Of a stretch of DNA of 64,000 bases, positions 10,328 to 17,888 are shown piece after piece. How positions within the stretch are numbered: position 1 is the first letter of the stretch; each line of letters opens with the position of its first letter. Position numbers and translations under genes: made by a program. The notes under the pieces were generated by a model that saw only the letters and a list, made by a program, of their open reading frames with translations, searched no databases and was not told the origin of the DNA. The stretch covers positions 24,556 through 88,555 of the forward strand of contig CAYGJC010000003.1 of the NCBI GenBank assembly GCA_964350245.1, read 5' to 3'. Source of the DNA: an uncultured bacterium (lineage in GTDB: Bacteria; Chlamydiota; Chlamydiia; Chlamydiales; JAAKFR01).

Positions 10328-11327
10328 TCTCCTTTATCGATAATCTTGGATCAGCTTTAGGTGTTTCAGAGCTTCCTTCTCTTTGGAAAATGTGATAGCC
10401 GAGGCCGGCTATCATCGCCGCATTATCCAGCCCAAGTCCCTTTGGGGGCCAAAAAACAGGTACTGAGCTCATTTCTTCTAAAAGAGTGCGGAAATAGCGG
10501 TTTTGACTGACACCCCCGCCTACTAAAACACTTTTGCAAGGAAACCTTTTTGCCGCACAACAGATTTTTTCTACAAGGTCAGAAAATGCGGCGTGCTGAA
10601 AACTGGCTGCTACATGTTTTTTTTCTGCTTCGGAAATAACTAAGGGTGAATTTTTTGTTGCATTTTGCCCCTTCACCAAATAAAGAAGTGCCGTTTTAAG
10701 TCCACTAAACGAAAAATCAAATGGACGCTTTTTGATCTGGCCTGCTTTCATCGGAAAGGTATGGGGATCACCTCCCTTAGCCAGCTCTTCAATGTGCGGA
10801 CCACCTGGATAGGGGAGTTCTAAAAGGCGGGCCGCTTTATCAAAAGCCTCCCCGATCGCATCATCTTGTGTCTGGCCAATCAATCGATACACACCCACTT
10901 CTTCCATATAGACAAGAGCCGTATGCCCGCCCGAAACGACCACTCCAAGAGCGGGAAGGGGAGGATTGAATTCCATTAAAGCTGAATAGAGGTGTGCCTC
11001 AATATGGTTGACTCCCACAAGTGGAATCCCTGTGGACAGAGCAAGACCTTGGGCAAAGTTCACGCCAATGAGTAGAGCGCCAATCAACCCCGGACCTTTG
11101 GCAACTGCGATCAAATCAATTTTCTCAAGAGGCACACAAAGCGATTTTTTTAATAGGGGAAGCAAGACATCGACATGTCTGCGGCAAGCGACCTCGGGGA
11201 TCACGCCCCCGTAGCGGCTATGAAGATCCTCTTGGGTCGCTACTACATTTGAGAGAATTTCAGTGCCGTCTTTTACTACGGCAAATCCTGTCTCGTCACA
11301 TGTTGATTCAATTCCTAAAACAAGCAT
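10269..11327 (-). CDS. tsaD: tRNA N6-adenosine threonylcarbamoyltransferase TsaD (Gcp)
   Basis: MLVLGIESTCDETG.., GVNHIEAHL, VSGGHT. Start placed at ATG 11327 (the track begins at GTG 11336). The 3' end overlaps the oppA copy-2 start by 59 nt. Confidence 0.92.
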   Translation of the reverse strand: MLVLGIESTCDETGFAVVKDGTEILSNVVATQEDLHSRYGGVIPEVACRRHVDVLLPLLKKSLCVPLEKIDLIAVAKGPGLIGALLIGVNFAQGLALSTGIPLVGVNHIEAHLYSALMEFNPPLPALGVVVSGGHTALVYMEEVGVYRLIGQTQDDAIGEAFDKAARLLELPYPGGPHIEELAKGGDPHTFPMKAGQIKKRPFDFSFSGLKTALLYLVKGQNATKNSPLVISEAEKKHVAASFQHAAFSDLVEKICCAAKRFPCKSVLVGGGVSQNRYFRTLLEEMSSVPVFWPPKGLGLDNAAMIAGLGYHIFQREGSSETPKADPRLSIKESADASVYDSFYLTTGSHKL

Positions 11328-11423
11328 ATAAACCACGCATTTTATAGAACATAGAGATTATTTACACTCATAAAAAAAACTCGCACTTGTTATACTTAAG
11401 CTGTTATATATTAGGTGAATACA

Positions 11424-12107
11424 ATGGCTTCTGTAGAATCGTTCCGATGCTGTATTAGACTGTGGCTTCAAACCGAGAGAATGTCACCCTCTGAGCTTGG
11501 GCCTCTGCGTCAACTCTCTCGCAGCTTGCGCGACACCATTCCGGCTTGTATCTCTTCATCTTCCTCAGTCGTTCTTCAAAAAATAACTAAATACAACAGG
11601 GTTTACTCTCTTGAGCTAGCCGATGTTCCACTAGACGAACAACTACTTGGACGCATTGAAGCAACTAGAGTACAAATCCTTATTTTAAAAGGAAGTTCCG
11701 CTCAAGAGGTAGTTTCTGAATCGGTAATTCCTAGGCTTCACTGTGTCAGAGAACTTGTTTTGAGACCCACAAGCATTTTGCGTGGAATCAATAACCCAGA
11801 GCTTCCCTGGCACACCTTGACGAGCTTAACAAAGCTTGAATTAAACAAGTGCGCACTTGCAGGCCCCTCTCTTGCCTCTTTGACGCGTTTAACTACCCTC
11901 ACGCTTCGAGTTTACTCCGTGCAGCAAATTCCCTCGGCTGCACATTTACGCTCTTTAGACATTCACATCATTTCGCGTCCACCAGCTCCGCTTTCTTTAA
12001 TTGCGGATTCGCTTACCCGTTTGACTCGACTCGAACATTTAGGGTTAAGCCATTGGTCAGAGAGCCACCTTCTCCCATCTAATCTGGCTCCATTGTTGGC
12101 AGATTAA
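11424..12107 (+). CDS. leucine-rich-repeat protein (eukaryote-like LRR), with a possible degenerate F-box-like N-terminus
   Basis: Repeats LTSLTKLELNKCAL / LASLTRLTTLTLRV / LTRLTRLEHLGLSHW. The N-terminus ..SELGPLRQLSRSLRDTI only weakly resembles the distal half of an F-box. ATG 11424 chosen over GTG 11415. Confidence 0.6.
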   Translation: MASVESFRCCIRLWLQTERMSPSELGPLRQLSRSLRDTIPACISSSSSVVLQKITKYNRVYSLELADVPLDEQLLGRIEATRVQILILKGSSAQEVVSESVIPRLHCVRELVLRPTSILRGINNPELPWHTLTSLTKLELNKCALAGPSLASLTRLTTLTLRVYSVQQIPSAAHLRSLDIHIISRPPAPLSLIADSLTRLTRLEHLGLSHWSESHLLPSNLAPLLAD

Positions 12108-12159
12108 TGGACCAACCATTATGATCTTTGCTTGTTGATTAAAAAACAGGTGCCTGCCA

Positions 12160-13014
12160 ATGAGATCCCTACTTCTACTCTCTATTATCTTCACTTCAGC
12201 CACTCTTTTAGGACAGGTTGTTCTGGTGACAGGCGGCTCTCGAGGAATCGGGGAGGCCATTTCTGAATCACTCTCTGCTGAGGGATACACGGTTTATGCG
12301 GGATGCCGCACGCTGCCTGAGGAAGAAACAAAGTTCCATTATCTGAAGCTGGATGTCACGGATCAAGTAAGCATTGACAAAGCTGTTCAAACCATTATCG
12401 ATAGGGAAGGTCAGTTGGATATCCTCGTCAACAATGCAGGCGTTATGATCTATGGGTCAGTTGAAAATGTGACCATTGAAGAGGCGCAAGCACTCTTTGA
12501 TGCCAACTTCTTCGGCGTGATGCGTGTCACCCAAGCAGTTCTTCCCATTATGCGTGCGCAAAAAAGGGGAAGGATTATCCAAATCAGCTCTCGCAGTGGC
12601 TTTCGCCCGCTTCCCTCTATTAGTCTTTATTCTGCCTCTAAATTTGCTTTAGAGGGGCTTTCTGAAACCATGGCAGCGACCCTAAAGCCTTGGAATATTC
12701 ATGTTTCTCTCATTCAACCGGGACCGGTCAAAACCGATATGGACTTTATCTCGCCTTACGGCTCTCGCTTACCAACAGGGGAAGACCCTTTTTTTGAAAT
12801 CTTTGAAACAGCCGGCCTTTTAGATCCCGTCTCGCCCATTGCGCAAGAACCCGAAGAGATTGCTGCACTTGTACAGAGGGTTATTGAGGCTGATCAGCCT
12901 CACTTTCGCTATCAGACGACTGAAGCGATTAAAGGGCAGGCGGGGGAACGGCTCTGCGATGTGACAGGTGACGCTTCTATTGAGGAGTGGACCCGAGTTT
13001 TGTACAACAACTAA
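12160..13014 (+). CDS. short-chain dehydrogenase/reductase (SDR) family oxidoreductase
   Basis: VLVTGGSRGIGEAI (TGxxxGxG), NNAG, and the YSASK catalytic Tyr-Lys. Confidence 0.88.
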   Translation: MRSLLLLSIIFTSATLLGQVVLVTGGSRGIGEAISESLSAEGYTVYAGCRTLPEEETKFHYLKLDVTDQVSIDKAVQTIIDREGQLDILVNNAGVMIYGSVENVTIEEAQALFDANFFGVMRVTQAVLPIMRAQKRGRIIQISSRSGFRPLPSISLYSASKFALEGLSETMAATLKPWNIHVSLIQPGPVKTDMDFISPYGSRLPTGEDPFFEIFETAGLLDPVSPIAQEPEEIAALVQRVIEADQPHFRYQTTEAIKGQAGERLCDVTGDASIEEWTRVLYNN

Positions 13015-13019
13015 AAAGT

Positions 13020-13059
13020 CCTTTCCAAAAAAACAGCAAGTGCACTTTTTTGGGGGATC
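13020..13059 (+). repeat. copy X1 of a local ~37-40-bp repeat (CCTTTCCAAAAAAACAGCAAGTGCACTTTTTTGGGGGATC); internally self-complementary (CCAAAAAA..TTTTTTGG)
   Basis: Aligned by eye to 14541-14577 (same orientation) and 14590-14628 (inverted), roughly 70-80% identical. A half copy (TCCCTTCCCCTGCCCAAAAAG) lies at 13075-13096. It could also act as a weak terminator for the SDR gene. Confidence 0.6.
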
Positions 13060-13170
13060 TTGTGTGTCAAAAAATCCCTTCCCCTGCCCAAAAAGAACAT
13101 ATGTTTACCCATTTCAAGGAAAAGCTTAAGCCATTCTCGAGCTTCGGCCTACAAGAGTTTCTGACTCTTT

Positions 13171-13749
13171 TTAATTAATTTTCTGAAGCTTTTGGTAAAA
13201 AATTTGGTATTTATCAAGATGACCCTCATTTTGAGACCAAGCCTCGATATTTTTTAAGTCGACAGCACGTTTTATGCAGATCTCAATAGCTTGTTCCAAT
13301 CCCTGCCTATCATCCCAATGGAAATAACTCGCTAACCTGTCTTTTACACTATCAACAGGAGAAAGCATTCTAATCGTGCCAAACTCTGTTTTCCACTGTA
13401 CAAACTTTTCAATTGGTTCGTTCCCCACGGCAACTGGAGGAGAAACAAACTCTACGAACCAAGGACAATCATCTCTGAAAAAATAGCGTCCATTTATCTT
13501 AAAACCAAGCTCTTTGAACGCTTTAGACACGACACTCATATCTTTATATGTAATAAAGTCTAAATCATACGATTGATACCGGTTTTGAGAGTAAATCGTG
13601 ACGCAGGCTCCCCCCACTAAGATCGTCTCAATTCCCTTTGTTCTCAGTTTTTCAGACAAATATCCAGCCAATTCCTCTAACGAGATACTGTTCCAATTAG
13701 GGGAGGGGCTTCCCTGTTCGTCGTGGTCTTTTTCGGATAGGGACTTCAT
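13171..13749 (-). CDS. Pol-beta-fold nucleotidyltransferase-like protein (AbiEii/DUF6036-like, unverified)
   Basis: ILVGGACVTIYSQNRYQSYDLDFI fits the hG[GS]-x(~14)-DxD NTase motif. It lies immediately downstream of, and overlaps by 53 nt, a wHTH gene. Confidence 0.6.
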   Translation of the reverse strand: MKSLSEKDHDEQGSPSPNWNSISLEELAGYLSEKLRTKGIETILVGGACVTIYSQNRYQSYDLDFITYKDMSVVSKAFKELGFKINGRYFFRDDCPWFVEFVSPPVAVGNEPIEKFVQWKTEFGTIRMLSPVDSVKDRLASYFHWDDRQGLEQAIEICIKRAVDLKNIEAWSQNEGHLDKYQIFYQKLQKIN

Positions 13750-14035
13750 AATACCTCATTTTTTGCTCTTCGGGGAGAAAGCTATAAGCCTTGGTCAAAA
13801 ACTCCAATAGCTCTTTTAAAAAGGGGTAACGAGGATTAAATTGGAACAACCGTGTTTTCCCCTTTTGCAGAGCAACCACTACCCCTCCATTCTCAAGCCG
13901 TGCCATAGCTTTCTGGATGCTGTATAAAGGAATTTCTAATTGCTTTGACAGATGATAGCTATAACCCTCTTTATTCATGAGAAGATAAAAAAGAATTTTT
14001 TCAATCACAGGATTTCCGAATAAACCTTCTAGCAT
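13697..14035 (-). CDS. small winged-helix DNA-binding protein (MarR/ArsR-like wHTH), putative partner/antitoxin of the NTase
   Basis: ..EKILFYLLMNKEGYSYHLSKQLEIPLYSIQKAMARLENGGVVVALQKGKTRLFQFN looks like an HTH plus wing. Start set at ATG 14035 (the track starts at TTG 14065). Confidence 0.6.
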   Translation of the reverse strand: MLEGLFGNPVIEKILFYLLMNKEGYSYHLSKQLEIPLYSIQKAMARLENGGVVVALQKGKTRLFQFNPRYPFLKELLEFLTKAYSFLPEEQKMRYYEVPIRKRPRRTGKPLP

Positions 14036-14039
14036 AACT

Positions 14040-14075
14040 ACCAACTTTTTTGGTAATATTACCAACTTTTTTGGT
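14040..14075. promoter_or_regulatory. putative operator: two identical 15-bp palindromic sites ACCAACTTTTTTGGT (14040-14054, 14061-14075), 21 bp centre to centre, with the palindrome GGTAATATTACC between them
   Basis: Read directly from the sequence. It sits 5-40 bp upstream of the wHTH ATG (14035), a typical autoregulatory layout. Confidence 0.55.
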
Positions 14076-14102
14076 GTATGTCAAGAGGGAAGACTCTTTT
14101 TT

Positions 14103-14348
14103 GTGCCTGATCGAATACGCATTTTTGTCACTCATCTAGCACAACTCACCGAATTAAGGGAGTTGGTGCTTACGTATTGCTCGTTGACAGATAATGTTGT
14201 GCAGGTTTTGGCCTCCTCTTTGCCTGCTTCACTTAGAATACTCAACTTGTTTCGCAACTCGATCACAAATGCGGGAGCCTCTGCACTTGTCCCGGTCAAC
14301 ACACTGACTCACGTGAATCTAGAATATAACTGTCTAAAGCCCGGATAG
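14103..14348 (+). CDS. short RNI-type LRR ORF (81 aa, GTG start), possibly a gene remnant
   Basis: LTELRELVLTYCSLTDNVVQVLASSL..LRILNLFRNSITNAGASAL..LTHVNLEYNCL forms ~28-aa ribonuclease-inhibitor-like repeats. No ATG, no N-terminal domain, and no convincing SD. Confidence 0.4.
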   Translation: MPDRIRIFVTHLAQLTELRELVLTYCSLTDNVVQVLASSLPASLRILNLFRNSITNAGASALVPVNTLTHVNLEYNCLKPG

Positions 14349-14540
14349 GTTTCTTTTCCAGAAACGTTTGCAACCGGTTTCCAAGGCCTCAGCGATCGGC
14401 CTCCAGGGAGCCTGGTCTCCTAGTATTAGCTGACAGCGCGCCGGATAGTCCTCTGGATCCTTAAGCCCGCAAAGAGCTGCAAATCCCAAAAAATCGGGTT
14501 CATCCCAGGCTAAAACTGCTGATTACCAGGAATTAGACCC

Positions 14541-14577
14541 TTCCCCAAAAATGGTAATTGCACTTTTCAGGGAAATT
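14541..14577 (+). repeat. copy X2 of the local repeat (TTCCCCAAAAATGGTAATTGCACTTTTCAGGGAAATT)
   Basis: Forms an imperfect ~37-bp inverted repeat with 14590-14628. The 12-nt spacer contains a -10-like TATACT (14581-14586). Confidence 0.6.
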
Positions 14578-14589
14578 TTATATACTCAT

Positions 14590-14628
14590 AATTTCCCCCA
14601 GAAAATGCAAATGTCGATTTTTGGGAAA
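14590..14628 (-). repeat. copy X3 of the local repeat (reverse complement CTTTCCCAAAAATCGACATTTGCATTTTCTGGGGGAAATT)
   Basis: Aligned by eye to X1 and X2. It ends 6 nt before the ATPase ATG (14634). Confidence 0.6.
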
Positions 14629-14633
14629 GTTAT

Positions 14634-16055
14634 ATGACAAAGTTTATTGGCCGAAAAAATGAGTTGGAATTGCTTCATGGACTTCTTCAAAAAAAGAGTT
14701 CTAGCCTTGTTGTGATTCGCGGAAGGCGGCGGATAGGAAAAAGCCGCTTGGCCGAAGAGTATGCCTCTTCATTTAGCAAAGCCTACATTCTTACAGGGAT
14801 TCCGCCTGAACCAGGTGTCTCAGCAGACTCTCAAAAAAAGGAATTTCTGAGGCAACTTCAAGAATACCGTCTGCCGATCTACCGATGCGATGATTGGGGC
14901 AATTTGTTTTACGATTTATCCCAAGAATGTAAAAGTGGACGTATTCTCGTTGTTCTAGATGAAATCACTTGGATGGGGTCCTTGGATCCCACATTTCTTC
15001 CTAAACTAAAGACTGCATGGGATCGCTATTTTAAACAAAATCCCTACCTTGTGATGATCCTATCCGGATCGAATTCTGCTTGGATCAGTAAAAACATCCT
15101 AAGTAGTACAGGTTTTTTCGGTCGTGTTTCGCTTCGTCTTCTCTTGGGGGAGCTTACACTGCCGGAGTGCAATGGGTTTTGGGGAAGTCTTTCGGGAGCA
15201 ACTTCTGCCTATGAAAAATTTAAAATTTTATCGGTGATGGGAGGTATCCCTCGTTATCTAGAAGAATTGCGTCCCGATTTATCTGCGGAAGCTAATCTTC
15301 AACGCTTGTGTTTTGATGCAGAAGGATTGCTCTTCCGCGAATTTGATCAAATTTTCCACGATCTCTTTCAAAAGCAAGGGGTCTTTTACAAGCAAATTGT
15401 TGAAACTCTGATCCACTCGACTCTCTCAACTTCGGAACTTGCTGCAAAACTAGGTAGGTCGAGTGGGGGTGATCTAAGTAAAGCGCTTGGTGAATTGTTA
15501 GAATCTGGCTTTTTAGCGAGAGACTATACATGGTCGTTAGTAACAGGCAAGCGAAGCGCAACGAGTCGTTACAGAGTTAAAGACAACTACTTAAGATTTT
15601 ATCTCAAATATATCCTTCCTCACAAAGAACAAATTGAGAGCACTCGATTGGAGCGTTTACCCCATGGATGGCTTTCGATTATGGGTGTACAATTTGAGAA
15701 TTTAGTCATTAACAATGGACACCTTGTGTGTAAGATCTTAGGAATCTCGCCCGGGGATCTAGTGATTGCTAATACCTATTTTCAAACTGCTGGAAGCCGC
15801 AAACGGGGATGCCAGATTGATTATCTCATTCAAACGCGGTTTCGCTATTTGTATGCATGCGAAGCCAAATTTCGACAAAAAGTAATGGGAACCGAAGTGA
15901 TTGATGAAATGGAAGAAAAGCTGCAGCGCCTTAGTCTGCCGCGAGGCTTTTCATGCCGCCCTGTGCTGATCCATGTCAACGGTGTCTCGGAGGATGTTGT
16001 CGATAGCGGCTACTTCGCCCGTATCATTGATTTTTCTGAATTACTCAGGGTTTAA
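14634..16055 (+). CDS. orphan P-loop ATPase (archaeal-ATPase/PF01637-like N-terminus with a DUF234-like C-terminal region; family names from memory)
   Basis: FIGRKNELELLHGLL...VVIRGRRRIGKSRL (Walker A) and ILVVLDEITW (Walker B). 473 aa. The C-terminus resembles a wHTH plus a nuclease-like fold. Confidence 0.75.
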   Translation: MTKFIGRKNELELLHGLLQKKSSSLVVIRGRRRIGKSRLAEEYASSFSKAYILTGIPPEPGVSADSQKKEFLRQLQEYRLPIYRCDDWGNLFYDLSQECKSGRILVVLDEITWMGSLDPTFLPKLKTAWDRYFKQNPYLVMILSGSNSAWISKNILSSTGFFGRVSLRLLLGELTLPECNGFWGSLSGATSAYEKFKILSVMGGIPRYLEELRPDLSAEANLQRLCFDAEGLLFREFDQIFHDLFQKQGVFYKQIVETLIHSTLSTSELAAKLGRSSGGDLSKALGELLESGFLARDYTWSLVTGKRSATSRYRVKDNYLRFYLKYILPHKEQIESTRLERLPHGWLSIMGVQFENLVINNGHLVCKILGISPGDLVIANTYFQTAGSRKRGCQIDYLIQTRFRYLYACEAKFRQKVMGTEVIDEMEEKLQRLSLPRGFSCRPVLIHVNGVSEDVVDSGYFARIIDFSELLRV

Positions 16056-16806
16056 GATGGGCAAGCAGGTTCTGGCTAGCCTCTAGATCCACAATCCACA
16101 GAGCCGGATTGCTTCGAGTGCCAATTTTCTGCGAAGGATAGAGCTCCGGATTGAGCGGCGTCGTCAACACTTTCTCCAACATCTCCGATTTGCTCGGCCC
16201 CATCACATAAAGCGCAATGTGACGCGCTCGGTTGATACACGCATATGTCAAGGTCATCCGCCACGTCTTTTTCTGGGGCACATGATTGGCCACAACAAGC
16301 CTGTCCTCTACATGCAGAGCCTCTGTATGTGGAAATAATGAAGCTGTATGCCCGTCGTCTCCCATGCCGAGCATCACAAGATCAAAAGGGTGCGCGCCCA
16401 GTTTTTCTTGGATAATGCCCTCATAAGCTGCTGCATTGAGCTCGATATCTGTTTCGGCCACCATACGAAAAATATGCTCTTTGCGAATGGGGAGCTTTTT
16501 AAGGCCCCCTTGCTCAAGAGCCATATGGTAGTTGCTATCAGGATCAGTTGGAACGACACTCCGTTCATCCCCCCAAAATAGATAGACCTTTCTCCAGTCG
16601 ATCACTTCGGGTCTTTCAGAGAGTGCCTGAAAGATTTTTTTGGGAGTTGAGCCACCCGACAGGGCAACGGCAAAAAAACCGTGATCTGCAATCGACTCTG
16701 CTGCTATCTCCAACCAATTTTCTACAGCAAAGGCCAACGTTTCATCTGCCGCGCCGGGTAGAGCCAAAAGGCGCCTTTCATCAAATCGCAAGGGTTCTTT
16801 TTTCAT
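16045..16806 (-). CDS. pgl: 6-phosphogluconolactonase
   Basis: FAVALSGGSTPK, LFWGDER, MGDDGHTASLFP. Start at ATG 16806 (the track begins at TTG 16821). Confidence 0.9.
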   Translation of the reverse strand: MKKEPLRFDERRLLALPGAADETLAFAVENWLEIAAESIADHGFFAVALSGGSTPKKIFQALSERPEVIDWRKVYLFWGDERSVVPTDPDSNYHMALEQGGLKKLPIRKEHIFRMVAETDIELNAAAYEGIIQEKLGAHPFDLVMLGMGDDGHTASLFPHTEALHVEDRLVVANHVPQKKTWRMTLTYACINRARHIALYVMGPSKSEMLEKVLTTPLNPELYPSQKIGTRSNPALWIVDLEASQNLLAHLKP

Positions 16807-16808
16807 CG

Positions 16809-17888
16809 CTATCGCTTCCAAGGTATAGAGGTTAACACGGTGAGCATCTCACGGTAGTGGCCACCGGTTGAAGGGTAGAAAATCTCTTCAATGATTTCCT
16901 GTCCGGGAGGAGTTCCTGTCAAATAGGCACAGTAGGGGAGTGCACACTGATCTTTGTCCGAGAACTGAATAAATACCTGCTGGCTCTCAGGATGTCGCTT
17001 GAAAGTGTAGTGTGCTTTGTTTTTTTCACACTCTATATCCACGTTTAAGATTGTACCGGGGGGAAGTCCTTTGGCATCTTGAGGAACCAGTAAAATCACG
17101 ACGTCATTAGTGGGACGTTTGTAACTCAAACGGATATTCCCCTCTGTAATTTCACTGGTTTGAAACTTCCAGTTGAGACGAGAGGCAATCCATGCTTGTA
17201 GATAAGCGGCCTCAATTTCGGTGTGTTGATGAAATTCAGAGGTGTTTTTATTGTAGTGGATCCGAATGAGTGTGCTTTGAACAAGGTTAACAAAGGATTC
17301 GTAGGTGTCAAACACCTGGGTAAAAATGTTACGCCAGCTTGAAATTGCACTCCAATTTAGATCGCCAATTGCGCAATGAAAACGATCTACAAGCGAGACT
17401 ACAGAGTGTGCATACTTCTGGAGATCATGAGTGGATTCAGAATCAAAAATGATTCGATCAGCATAAGGTTCTAAGTGGGGGAGGATTGTGCTTTCACGAG
17501 AGGGATCTTGCGTCCACAGGAGGTAGACGGGCAAGTCGGGCAAGATCTGGGGAATCAAAATAAAAGGAACCCGCTCAACCAGGGATCCTGCCACCTCGAC
17601 CCGAATGATTTCACAAAAAATCTGCAGCTCTCCCTCACCAATGGTCTGAGAGCTCACTGAGGTACGTAAATAAGACTCATTGGGGGTTTCATCGCCGATA
17701 ATCAGCATCACTCGACACGGAAATTTGCTCACAACTGATTTGATCATCTCTTCGAAGCAATCGAGACGCTCACTTTTCTGCACATAGAGGATCAAATTAA
17801 AGAGAGAAGCGCGTGTTTTATTTTCGCCCTGTTCTGTGTCCCATAAGCGAGTGAGCTCTTCATTAATATCAGCAAGTTGAATGGTCAT
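16809..17888 (-). CDS. opcA: OpcA-like glucose-6-phosphate dehydrogenase assembly protein
   Basis: The N-terminal pattern ..LTRLW...TRASLFNLILYV....MIKSVVSKFPCRVMLII...FCEIIRVEV.G.....VPFILIPQILPDLPVYLLW matches the OpcA layout as I recall it. It sits between zwf and pgl. ATG 17888 gives a TAATG overlap with the zwf stop. Confidence 0.75.
   Translation of the reverse strand: MTIQLADINEELTRLWDTEQGENKTRASLFNLILYVQKSERLDCFEEMIKSVVSKFPCRVMLIIGDETPNESYLRTSVSSQTIGEGELQIFCEIIRVEVAGSLVERVPFILIPQILPDLPVYLLWTQDPSRESTILPHLEPYADRIIFDSESTHDLQKYAHSVVSLVDRFHCAIGDLNWSAISSWRNIFTQVFDTYESFVNLVQSTLIRIHYNKNTSEFHQHTEIEAAYLQAWIASRLNWKFQTSEITEGNIRLSYKRPTNDVVILLVPQDAKGLPPGTILNVDIECEKNKAHYTFKRHPESQQVFIQFSDKDQCALPYCAYLTGTPPGQEIIEEIFYPSTGGHYREMLTVLTSIPWKR

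Noticed and set aside
11424-11530. F-box call for the N-terminus of the LRR protein.
   Set aside because: Only the distal half (..LGPLRQLSRSLRDTI) loosely fits. The diagnostic LPxE(I/L)L start is missing. I kept it as a weak remark, not as a domain call.
12987-13178. 63-aa plus-strand ORF spanning the SDR stop and the X1 repeat region.
   Set aside because: It overlaps the SDR 3' end and the repeat element, has no SD, and has noise-like composition. The repeat/hairpin interpretation explains the DNA better.
14334-14522. Minus-strand 62-codon open frame (..AWDEPDFLGFAALCGLKDPEDYPARCQLILGDQAPWRPIAEALETGCKRFWK..) that reads like real protein.
   Set aside because: It has no ATG/GTG start giving a reasonable length and no family I can name, and it overlaps the 3' end of the LRR ORF. 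I kept it only as a possible pseudogene remnant within the decay finding, not as a feature.
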